A DNA stretch of 54,764 nucleotides from Acidobacteriota bacterium. GTDB lineage: Bacteria > Actinomycetota > Actinomycetes > Mycobacteriales > Mycobacteriaceae. The translations under genes and the position numbers were made by a program. Shown in pieces: positions 47,122 to 54,764 of this stretch. The stretch is taken from assembly GCA_022708865.1 (NCBI GenBank), contig JAKIXW010000002.1:1-54764 (forward strand), written 5' to 3'. How positions within the stretch are numbered: position 1 is the first letter of the stretch; each line of letters opens with the position of its first letter. The notes under the pieces were generated by a model. It was not told the origin of the DNA, made no database searches, and was given only the letters and a program-made list of their open reading frames with translations.

Positions 47122-48159
47122 TCATCCGGCCGACACGCTCCGGCCGGTGCTGTGCAGGTCGTTGCATGCCTCCACGACGCGCTCGCTCATCGAGGCCTCG
47201 GCCTTCTTCAGATAGCTGCGCGGGTCGTAGACCTTCTTGTTGCCGACCTCGCCGTCGATCTTGAGCACCCCGTCGTAGTTGGTGAACATGTGCGCGGCCA
47301 GCGGCCGGGTGAAGGCGTACTGGGTGTCGGTGTCGACGTTCATCTTCACCACGCCGTACTTCAGCGAGTCCTCGATCTCGGACTTCAGCGAGCCCGACCC
47401 GCCGTGGAAGACGAAGTCGAACGGCTTTGCGTCGGTGGCCAGACCCAGTTTGGCCGCGGCGACCCGCTGGCCCTCGGCCAGGACCTCGGGCTTGAGCTTC
47501 ACGTTGCCGGGCTTGTACACGCCGTGCACGTTGCCGAACGTGGCGGCCAGTAGGTACTTGCCGTGCTCGCCGGCACCGAGTGCCTCGATCGTCTTCTCGA
47601 AGTCCTCGGCGCTGGTGTACAGCTTCTCGTTGATCTCGGCCTCGACGCCGTCCTCCTCGCCGCCCACGACGCCGATCTCGACCTCGAGGATGATCTTGGC
47701 AGCGGCGGCGGCCTTCAGCAGTTCCTGCGCAATGGACAGGTTCTCGTCGATCGGCACCGCCGAGCCGTCCCACATGTGCGACTGGAAGAGCGGCGGCAGG
47801 CCCTTGGCGACGCGCTCGGCGGAGATGGCCAGCAGCGGGCGCACATAGGTGTCCAGCTTGTCCTTCGGGCAGTGGTCGGTGTGCAGTGCGACGGTGATCG
47901 GGTACTTGGCGGCGATCACGTGCGCGAACTCGGCCAACGCCACCGCGCCCGTCACCATGTCCTTGACACCGAGTCCGGACGCGAATTCCGCACCGCCGGT
48001 GGAGAATTGGATGATGCCGTCGCTGCCGGCATCGGCAAAGCCCTTGATGGCGGCGTTGACGGATTCCGAGCCCACGCAGTTGATGGCCGGGAATGCGAAG
48101 GAGTGCTCCTTTGCCCGGCCCAGCATCTCGGCGTAGACCTCGGGCGTTGCGATGGGCAT
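47122..48159 (-). CDS. fba: Class II fructose-bisphosphate aldolase
   Basis: MPIATPEVY, HTDHC, HMWDGS, GNVHG, FHGGSG and YDPR. Confidence 0.97.
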   Translation of the reverse strand: MPIATPEVYAEMLGRAKEHSFAFPAINCVGSESVNAAIKGFADAGSDGIIQFSTGGAEFASGLGVKDMVTGAVALAEFAHVIAAKYPITVALHTDHCPKDKLDTYVRPLLAISAERVAKGLPPLFQSHMWDGSAVPIDENLSIAQELLKAAAAAKIILEVEIGVVGGEEDGVEAEINEKLYTSAEDFEKTIEALGAGEHGKYLLAATFGNVHGVYKPGNVKLKPEVLAEGQRVAAAKLGLATDAKPFDFVFHGGSGSLKSEIEDSLKYGVVKMNVDTDTQYAFTRPLAAHMFTNYDGVLKIDGEVGNKKVYDPRSYLKKAEASMSERVVEACNDLHSTGRSVSAG

Positions 48160-48255
48160 GTGACTTCTCCTTCGGCGTTGCAACGAGGCAGATTGCTTCC
48201 CGGGCAGTATCTCAGGAACCGTCTGACGACGACACCGGTAGGGCGCGATTGGGCC

Positions 48256-48828
48256 TCAGTGCCAATATCCGACGTGACTGCGGGCGGCCTCGTCCTCGAG
48301 CAGCGGCCCCACCACCGTCACCGGGCGGCTGCCGTGCGTCAGGATGTCACGGCACGGCAGCGCGAACGATGTCCGTCCCGGCTGGTCCCCGGTGAACTCG
48401 AACAGCCGCTGATTCGACATCCCGTACACCACCATGCCGATACCGGTCCAGTAGGCCGCGCCGGCGCACATCGAACACGGCTCGGTGCTGGCGTAGAGGG
48501 TGGCGTGGTTCATGCCCGGGTAGTCCAGGGTCTGCCACGCGGCCGCCGCCGCCGCCAGCTCGGCGTGCTGCGTGGGATCACCGCCCGTGTTGCCGTGTTC
48601 GGCCACCACGTTCCCGGCCGCATCGGCCACCAGGGCGCCGTAGGGTGCGCCGCCGGCCCGGCGGGCGTCGTCGGCCAGCACGAAGGTCCGCCGCAGCAGG
48701 GCCAGGTCGACGTCCTGCCCCGGGCCGGGGTCGCTGTAGGCCGCCGCGGACAAGCCGAGCGCCGATCCCGCGAGACCGGCCAGGACGCCGGCGCCCATCA
48801 GCACCGTCCGGCGGTTCAGATCCGACAT
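48256..48828 (-). CDS. Zinc-dependent nucleobase/nucleoside deaminase (CDA fold) with twin-arginine signal peptide
   Basis: NRRTVL, hydrophobic core and AYS cleavage site. Catalytic HAE and EPCSMC. Confidence 0.85.
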   Translation of the reverse strand: MSDLNRRTVLMGAGVLAGLAGSALGLSAAAYSDPGPGQDVDLALLRRTFVLADDARRAGGAPYGALVADAAGNVVAEHGNTGGDPTQHAELAAAAAAWQTLDYPGMNHATLYASTEPCSMCAGAAYWTGIGMVVYGMSNQRLFEFTGDQPGRTSFALPCRDILTHGSRPVTVVGPLLEDEAARSHVGYWH

Positions 48829-48844
48829 CAGGCCGGCGCGCGAA

Positions 48845-49351
48845 CTACCGGTCGCCGCGGGTGCAGTTCGGGTCGGCCGGCTTGGTCGGCCAGGTGCATA
48901 CATCCAGGAACGTCTTGGTGTCGTAGCCACCGCCGTCGAACACGCCGTAGGCGTCGCCGTTGGTGCCGGTGTACGTCGCGCCGCCGCCACCGCCGCCACC
49001 GCCGGAGGTGACGATGGTGGTGACGTCCCACCCCTTGCTCTTCAGGTCGGCCTTGAACGCCGCCATCACTTCGGCCGGTGCGCCATTGACCTGAAAGTGA
49101 AGGTGCACACCATCATTCGGAATGACGTCGGGGCCCTTGGTGTCGGCGGTGTTCGCGGGCGTGGGCACCAGGGACTTCAGGTCGGTGGACGCCGCCGCGT
49201 GGCTGGTGGTCGCGGGCGCCGTGGCCTCCGTGGTGGCGGTCGCGGTGCTGGCCGCTTCCTTGGTCGGTGAACATCCCGAGGCGGCGATCCCGACCGTCAC
49301 CATGGCCACGGTGGCCGCCGTCATCGTGCTGAAGTTTCGAACGCGCGCCAT
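48845..49351 (-). CDS. Putative lipoprotein
   Basis: Lipobox ASGC, Thr/Ala stalk, Gly8 loop and C-terminal Cys pair. GGGAG RBS. Confidence 0.75.
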   Translation of the reverse strand: MARVRNFSTMTAATVAMVTVGIAASGCSPTKEAASTATATTEATAPATTSHAAASTDLKSLVPTPANTADTKGPDVIPNDGVHLHFQVNGAPAEVMAAFKADLKSKGWDVTTIVTSGGGGGGGGATYTGTNGDAYGVFDGGGYDTKTFLDVCTWPTKPADPNCTRGDR

Positions 49352-49461
49352 CCAGGGACTCCCTTGATCGGATAAGCGGCACGCTAGCAGGTGCACCCGA
49401 TCCCAGCGGGGATAAACAGCGCGAACCCGATCGCGTCCCACCGCCGGTACCCTCGAGGCTT

Positions 49462-50121
49462 GTGAACACCCTCGCGCTCATGCCGGACTTTCTGGACCCG
49501 GTGAAACTCATCGGCTACTTCGGCCCCTGGGCACTGGTCGGCCTGCTGGTCGTCGTGTTCGTCGAATCCGGTGTGCTGTTCCCCATCCTGCCCGGCGACA
49601 CGCTGCTGTTCGTGTCCGGCATGCTGGCGGCCGGCACCGCGGCGACCGCGCACGACAACGCCAATTTCCAGCTGTGGCAATTACTGGTGTTCATCCCGAT
49701 CGCCGCCATCCTGGGCAGCCAGGTCGGCTACTTCATCGGCCGGTTCATCGGCGTGGAGATGTTCAAGCCCGACGCCCGATTCCTCAAGCAGAAGTACCTC
49801 GACGAGGCGCACGCATTCTTCGAGCAGCGCGGGCCGTTCGCGATCGTGCTGGCGCGGTTCGTCCCGATCGTGCGCACCCTGGCGCCCATCACCGCCGGTG
49901 CGGCGAAGATGACCTACGGCGTGTTCACGTTGTTCAACGTGATCGGCGCCGTGGTGTGGAGCACGCTGCTGGTTCTGCTGGGCTACTTCCTGGGGCAGTT
50001 CGCCATCATCCAGAAGCTCATCGAACCGATCTTCATCCTGATCGCCGTGCTCTCGGTCATGCCGATGTTCTTCGAGTGGCGCAAGCGCAGGCGCGCCAGG
50101 TCCGCCGAGGGCACCGAGTAG
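49462..50121 (+). CDS. dedA: DedA family membrane protein (Rv0364-like)
   Basis: VFVESG, LPGDTLLF, ARFVPIVRT and F.LFN. Confidence 0.9.
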   Translation: MNTLALMPDFLDPVKLIGYFGPWALVGLLVVVFVESGVLFPILPGDTLLFVSGMLAAGTAATAHDNANFQLWQLLVFIPIAAILGSQVGYFIGRFIGVEMFKPDARFLKQKYLDEAHAFFEQRGPFAIVLARFVPIVRTLAPITAGAAKMTYGVFTLFNVIGAVVWSTLLVLLGYFLGQFAIIQKLIEPIFILIAVLSVMPMFFEWRKRRRARSAEGTE

Positions 50122-50127
50122 CTCCAA

Positions 50128-50145
50128 CCGAACCCTCGGGTTCGG
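50128..50145. terminator. GC-rich hairpin between convergent dedA and LLM genes
   Basis: CCGAACC-CTCG-GGTTCGG perfect stem, no U-tract. Confidence 0.6.
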
Positions 50146-50150
50146 CGGCT

Positions 50151-51050
50151 CTACAGCCCCAGCGCCGCTGCCAGCTCCCGCAGCGCCGGCCGCGGATCGT
50201 CGGTCGGGGTGTCGCCCAGCGCCTGGATCACGACGTGGTCGGCGCCGGCGTCCAGATGCGCCCGCACCGCCACGGCCGCGGACTCGACGGCGCCCATCCC
50301 GGCGAGTGCACGGGCCAGCCGGTCGGATCCGCCGCGCACCAGATCGGAATCGTCGAACCCCTGGCGCAGCCATGAGTTCCGGTAGTTCGCCAACCCGCTG
50401 TACACCTCGAGGTGCGCGTGCACGCGGCGCAGTTGGTCGGCGTCGTCGCCCCCGATGGCCACGGGCACCTCGGAGACCACCCACTTGTCCGGGCCGAGGG
50501 TATCGCGGGTCACCTTCGTCTGCTCGGGCGTGACGAGGTAGGGGTGCGCCCCGTCGGCCAATTCGCCGGACAGCTGGATCATCTTGGGCCCCAACGCCGC
50601 AAGCAGCCGTGGCGGACGCCCGACGCCCGGCTCGATCTGCGGCGGCACCGCGGCCATCTTCTCCAGGTACGACCGCATGGTCGCCAACGGCTTCTCGTAC
50701 ACACCGCCCATGCCGCGCTGGACCAGCGGCGCGTGGCTGACACCGAGGCCGAGTACGAACCGTCCCGGATGCAACGCGGCCAGCGTGCGCGCGCCGGCTT
50801 CCGCGGCCGACGGGATCCGGACGTGGATGTTGGCGATACCGGTGCCGATCACCAGGCGCTCGGTGGCCGACAGATACGCCCCGGACTGCGTCAACGCTTC
50901 CTTGCCGACGACCTCGGGCAGGAAGAGCGAGCCGTAGCCCATGGCTTCGACATCGCGGGCCACCTGCTGCGCGTCGGGCATCGCCCAGGTGTCACCGGCC
51001 CACCAGACGCCGATTCGGGACGGGAAGTCGATGCGCGCTCGTTGGGTCAC
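50151..51050 (-). CDS. LLM-class (probably F420-dependent) oxidoreductase
   Basis: GTGIANI, LGLGVSH, AALGPKM, GAHPYL and AGADHV. Confidence 0.88.
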   Translation of the reverse strand: MTQRARIDFPSRIGVWWAGDTWAMPDAQQVARDVEAMGYGSLFLPEVVGKEALTQSGAYLSATERLVIGTGIANIHVRIPSAAEAGARTLAALHPGRFVLGLGVSHAPLVQRGMGGVYEKPLATMRSYLEKMAAVPPQIEPGVGRPPRLLAALGPKMIQLSGELADGAHPYLVTPEQTKVTRDTLGPDKWVVSEVPVAIGGDDADQLRRVHAHLEVYSGLANYRNSWLRQGFDDSDLVRGGSDRLARALAGMGAVESAAVAVRAHLDAGADHVVIQALGDTPTDDPRPALRELAAALGL

Positions 51051-51204
51051 GGCGCGATGATAGTTACCTGCGGTCGCGATCGACCTTCCTGCCCAGGATG
51101 AGCCGGCCCGCGGTGAACACGGCCGCGGCGGTGGTGAAGGCCGCCGCGATCAACCGTCGGTATTTCTTCCGAACATCGGGGGCGGGACGTCTGCGGGCTC
51201 GGAA

Positions 51205-51307
51205 ATGAGCACAGCTCGTCGCACGAACAGTCGGCGGCCGACGAGATCGTGCGCTGGGCGACCCCGGTCACCTGCTCAACGGGCTCAAGACGTTCGAGGT
51301 CGACTAA
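51205..51307 (+). pseudogene. About 100-bp cytochrome P450 (CYP125-like) remnant
   Basis: SAADEIVRWATPVT (K-helix ExxR) from 51231, joined in another frame to LNGLKTFEVD* resembling a P450 C-terminus. Confidence 0.6.
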
Positions 51308-51760
51308 CGCCGCCGGCGGCCCCCACCCAACGGCTCAGATACCGCCGCAGTTCGGCGCCGCGGGCCGGCGGGTTGCCGGGGTCGATCAGGAACGACTGAA
51401 TGGTCCGCAGCACGTACTCGGTGAGGTCATCCAGTTCGGCATCGCCGTAATCGTTTGCGCGCCAATCCACGTCGAAGCTGTCCAGCATGGAGCGGCCGAT
51501 CACCCGCGCCTGCTCTGAGGTGATCGCCACGGTGAACCTGTTGGGCTGCAGGGGTGAAAGCAGCAGCCGGATATGCGTCGGAAGGTTTTCCAGCACGTAG
51601 GCCAGCCCCTCGGTGACCGCGGTGGCCGGTTCGGTGATGCCGTCGAGGTGCGCCTCGATGCGGTCCAGGAATGAACCGACGGAGGCGACAGCCGCGGCCC
51701 GTGCGACCGCATCCTCATCGGTTGCGGGCGGGGATCCGCCCAGCCATGCCTGCGCGCCAC
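51285..51760 (-). pseudogene. TetR-family regulator remnant (frameshift and HTH deleted)
   Basis: ARRHGW then a frameshift to GGSPPATDEDAVAR. No helix-turn-helix follows. The C-terminal part GRSML...DW...LR.IQS.L.DPG.PP...LRRYL.RW is typical of a mycobacterial TetR subfamily. Confidence 0.7.
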
Positions 51761-51774
51761 GGGTCAACCGTGCT

Positions 51775-51836
51775 CGCGAGCGTGCGTGTCGGTCCGCCGA
51801 CACGCCGGGCGGCGCGAGATTTCGCGCACGCTGGCG
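51775..51836. repeat. REP-like nested palindrome downstream of the dehydrogenase gene
   Basis: CGCGAGCGTGCG (51775-51786) pairs with CGCACGCTGGCG (51825-51836). Internal hairpin CGTGTCGG-TCCG-CCGACACG. Confidence 0.7.
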
Positions 51837-51841
51837 GGCCG

Positions 51842-52924
51842 TCAGGCGAGCTTGAACCGCCCGGCGAAGCCGCGCAGCGGAAGGTCCGCACTGGTGAGCA
51901 GGCCGGGTGCCGCGGCGACCACCGCGTTGATCGCGTTGAGCGCCGGCAGTCCCGTCACCGTCATGCCGATCGAGGCGAAATTGTCCGGATCCGACAGGTC
52001 CACACCGGGTTTCGGGAAGATCATGTGCTTGTTGTAGACACACGGATCACCCTTGATCTGAGTGATGTAGCAGCCCTTGATATCCCAGTTCGGTTCGGTG
52101 TGCGGGGTCATCTGCCATTCCAGGTGGGTCTCGACCCGCGAAACCCCGTCGACCATGCCCTGGTACTTGATGTAGTTACCGCCCAGGGATCCCTTGGGCA
52201 GGGTGTACCACCCGAGGTCGACGTCCTTTGTGCACGCGCCGAGCTCGTAGCTGAACCTGACCTCGTCGAGTTCGAGGCCGAAGCAGTCGGCCATCATCCG
52301 CACACTGTCGGCGAACACCTCGGTGTACTTCTCGAGCTTGGCCGGGATCGATGGATCATCAACGGGCAGACCGTATCCCACCTCGATCCAGGTGTCCTTG
52401 GAGTGGTGACAGGACACGTCGACGGACTCGATGGTGGTGACGTTCTCGATCTCGGCAACATCGGCCGAACACACCACGCCGAGGATCTGATTCAGGCCCG
52501 GGTTCATCCCGGTGCCGTAGAACGTCGAGCCGCCCTTCGCGCAGGCTTCGGCGAGCAACTGGGTCACCGGCTTGCCGGACGGGTGTGGATGATTGGTGTC
52601 GCGATGCCAGCCGGTGATCCAGTCGGCGGTGGTGACGATGTTGATGCCGGCTTCCAGGATCGGCACGTAGAGATCCTCGTCGGGGAAGACGCCATGGAAG
52701 GTGAGCACATCGGGTGCGGCGGCGATGATCTCGTCGATGCTTCCGGTGGCCGTCACCCCGATCGGGCCGATGCCCACCAGCTCCCCGACGTCGCGTCCGA
52801 TCTTCTCCGGTGAATAGCAATGCACCCCAATGAGTTTCAGATCTTCGCGCTCTTGATAGCGCTTGATCATCTCGGAGCCGACATTGCCGGTGGCCACCTG
52901 GAAGACACGGATCGGTGCTGTCAT
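51842..52924 (-). CDS. DapB-like NAD(P)-dependent (amine) dehydrogenase
   Basis: Rossmann VATGNVG, KIGRDVGE, AGINIVT and GTGMNPG. Confidence 0.8.
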   Translation of the reverse strand: MTAPIRVFQVATGNVGSEMIKRYQEREDLKLIGVHCYSPEKIGRDVGELVGIGPIGVTATGSIDEIIAAAPDVLTFHGVFPDEDLYVPILEAGINIVTTADWITGWHRDTNHPHPSGKPVTQLLAEACAKGGSTFYGTGMNPGLNQILGVVCSADVAEIENVTTIESVDVSCHHSKDTWIEVGYGLPVDDPSIPAKLEKYTEVFADSVRMMADCFGLELDEVRFSYELGACTKDVDLGWYTLPKGSLGGNYIKYQGMVDGVSRVETHLEWQMTPHTEPNWDIKGCYITQIKGDPCVYNKHMIFPKPGVDLSDPDNFASIGMTVTGLPALNAINAVVAAAPGLLTSADLPLRGFAGRFKLA

Positions 52925-52929
52925 CGGGT

Positions 52930-53952
52930 TCAGCCTTTCTGCGCTGCGTACACGTCGGCGGCGCTGCCACCGATACCGTCGGGATAGAACTGCTTGGCCC
53001 AGTTGCGAATTGCGGTGAAGCCCTGGTACTCCGAGTTCGACAGGGCCGGCGGGTCGGAGTAGCGCTGGTGCGACCAGATGTGGATGTCCTGGCTGAACTG
53101 GCGGATCACCTCGGTACCGAATTCCTCGGCCCTGATCCGGGCCCGCTCGGGATCCTTGGCGGGCGTGCGACCGATATAGACGTTGAAACGTACGTCGGAC
53201 GTGCACTCGTCGACCGGGGTGATGCACGAGATGGTGCGGTTGTCGACCATCCCCCAGCTCTTGGTCACCGCGATGCCCAGACCGCCGTTGATGGCTTCCA
53301 CTCCGCTGTTGACGTCCTCGATCCGCTGGCCATCATCGCCCTCGAACGTGATGGTGAAGTCCACATAGGACACCGGCGCATCGAAGTCGTGCCGGGTGAA
53401 GATCGGGTTGATCGGGACACCGTGGACGTACTTGAAGTGTTCGACGTCCACGCCGTTCTCGAGCACGTACTGCGGGTGCATCTCCAGACCGGGCTGGTAG
53501 AGCCGCTGCTGCGGGTAGTAGTCGTCGGCGCTGCTGCCGTCACCGAAGCCGGCGAAGACGTCGGGCGCCTCGAAATACGGTTCCCGGCCGATTTCGTCGT
53601 GCCAGATGTACACCGACGAATTGCGTTCGGCGACGGGGTAGGTCGTGATCCGGCGGCCGCGGTTGGGTCGATCCTCGTACGGGATGCACACGTTGCGTCC
53701 CTCGGGACTCCACTGCCAGCCGTGGAACGGGCACTGCAACACCTCGCCCACGACGGTGCCGCCGAAACCCAGGTGCGCGCCGAGGTGTTCGCAATAGGCG
53801 TTCATCACGGTCAGCTGCCCGGATTCGGCGCGCCAGGCGATCATCTCCTGACCGAAGTACTTCATGGTGTGGACGTCGCCGACACCGATCTCGTCGGACC
53901 AGGCGACCTGGAACCACCCCGTGGGCTTCATCGACAGTGGCGGCTTGGCCAT
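52930..53952 (-). CDS. Rieske non-heme iron oxygenase (KshA/neverland-like)
   Basis: CEHLGAHL...CPFHGW Rieske centre, ENGVD.EHF..VH iron site and QDIHIW. Confidence 0.9.
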   Translation of the reverse strand: MAKPPLSMKPTGWFQVAWSDEIGVGDVHTMKYFGQEMIAWRAESGQLTVMNAYCEHLGAHLGFGGTVVGEVLQCPFHGWQWSPEGRNVCIPYEDRPNRGRRITTYPVAERNSSVYIWHDEIGREPYFEAPDVFAGFGDGSSADDYYPQQRLYQPGLEMHPQYVLENGVDVEHFKYVHGVPINPIFTRHDFDAPVSYVDFTITFEGDDGQRIEDVNSGVEAINGGLGIAVTKSWGMVDNRTISCITPVDECTSDVRFNVYIGRTPAKDPERARIRAEEFGTEVIRQFSQDIHIWSHQRYSDPPALSNSEYQGFTAIRNWAKQFYPDGIGGSAADVYAAQKG

Positions 53953-53959
53953 GTCGCCA

Positions 53960-54005
53960 AGAATCACAGATGGTTCTATGAAAGTCAACAGCCGGCGGCT
54001 ACCAT
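53960..54005. promoter_or_regulatory. Divergent leaderless promoters with TCACAGA-N4-TCTATGA operator
   Basis: Minus strand TTGACT-17-GATTCT-7-ATG. Plus strand TACCAT 6 nt before GTG 54012. Dyad at 53964-53981. Confidence 0.6.
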
Positions 54006-54011
54006 CACGGG

Positions 54012-54650
54012 GTGACCGAAGCGACGACAGAGCCGACCCAGCAGGGCCGCCGGCCCAACAGGCGCGGTCACGCCACCCGCGAGGCCATGCTGGACGCCGC
54101 GCTGCGTTCGCTGGCCGAGGGCGGGCCGAATGCGGCCTCCGCCAACCGGATTGCCAAGGAGGTCGGCGCCACCTGGGGTGCGGTCAAGTATCAGTTCGGC
54201 GACATCGACGGCCTGTGGGCCGCGGTCCTGCGTCGCACCGCCGAACGCCGGTCCGACCTGCCCGCGCTGGCCGACCCGATCGCGCCCCTGCACGAGCGGG
54301 TGGCCACCATCATCGACATCCTCTACGACGGGCTGACCGCGCCCGACTCCCGCGCGATCGAGACCCTGCGGATGTCCCTGCCCCGCGACATGGCCGAACT
54401 GGACCGGCTCTATCCGAAGACGGCGGCCGAGCTCTCGTCCTGGGGTGCCAGCTGGATCGAGATCTGCCAGAAGGCTTTTGCCGACGTCGACGTGGACCCC
54501 GAACGCATCAGCGAGGTGGCCGCCTTCATCCCCGGCGCCATGCGGGGCATCACCTCGGAACGCCAACTCGGCGGCTACTACGACCTGGACAAGGCGCGGC
54601 GCGGTCTGACCAACGCGATCGTGCACTACCTCCAGCAGTCCCGCCGGTAA
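54012..54650 (+). CDS. TetR/AcrR family transcriptional regulator
   Basis: N-terminal HTH TREAMLDAA...IAKEVGATWGAVKYQFG. Confidence 0.92.
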   Translation: MTEATTEPTQQGRRPNRRGHATREAMLDAALRSLAEGGPNAASANRIAKEVGATWGAVKYQFGDIDGLWAAVLRRTAERRSDLPALADPIAPLHERVATIIDILYDGLTAPDSRAIETLRMSLPRDMAELDRLYPKTAAELSSWGASWIEICQKAFADVDVDPERISEVAAFIPGAMRGITSERQLGGYYDLDKARRGLTNAIVHYLQQSRR

Positions 54651-54682
54651 CCGCGGGCCCATTGGCCGTCCCGGCAAGCCGC

Positions 54683-54764
54683 TCAGGAAGATTCGGCGTG
54701 AATCGGGCCGTCCGTCTGCGCCAGCGGGCGTCCGCCGCCGCCCCAGCGCGCCGCGATGATCTCC
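54683..54764 (-). CDS. 3' end of XdhC/CoxI-family protein (partial)
   Basis: EIIAARWGGGGRPLAQTDGPIH...* resembles actinobacterial XdhC C-termini. Confidence 0.6.
   Translation of the reverse strand, partial: EIIAARWGGGGRPLAQTDGPIHAESS

Noticed and set aside
48256-49351. Deaminase and lipoprotein as a polymorphic toxin-immunity pair
   Set aside because: The deaminase looks like the metabolic guanine/TadA-like clade and there is no delivery domain; kept only as a minor alternative.

Overview
High-GC actinobacterial chromosomal segment, by gene content and order most likely a rapidly growing Mycobacterium/Mycolicibacterium (inference). The conserved backbone is lpqL, thiG-thiS-thiO with a TPP riboswitch, thiE, mutT3, glnX-glnH-pknG, ackA-pta, fgd, metZ and rhodanese, PaaI thioesterase, purA, site-2 protease, CDF transporter, DUF3151, Rv0361-like gene, fba and dedA, ending in the 3' end of an XdhC-like gene. 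Accessory modules interrupt it: (i) a small Thr-rich lipoprotein, a lipoprotein S53 (sedolisin) protease and a double zinc-ribbon membrane protein with a catalytically degenerate PrsW-like domain, the best candidate for an undescribed envelope proteolysis/signalling system; (ii) a lipoprotein plus a Tat-signal zinc deaminase; (iii) a ferritin-like diiron protein plus a PDR/VanB reductase; (iv) a Rieske oxygenase, DapB-like dehydrogenase and TetR; (v) two membrane GGEEF cyclases; (vi) a His-less CtaG paralogue and an orphan vWA protein. Five genes appear internally collapsed, with N- and C-termini joined across large deletions: a Ser/Thr kinase, pta (frameshifted), the Rv0361 homologue, a cytochrome P450 and a TetR. 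A 36-bp repeat flanks the CDF gene on both sides. No rRNA, tRNA, CRISPR array, transposase or integrase was recognised. Homology calls are from remembered family motifs, not database searches.
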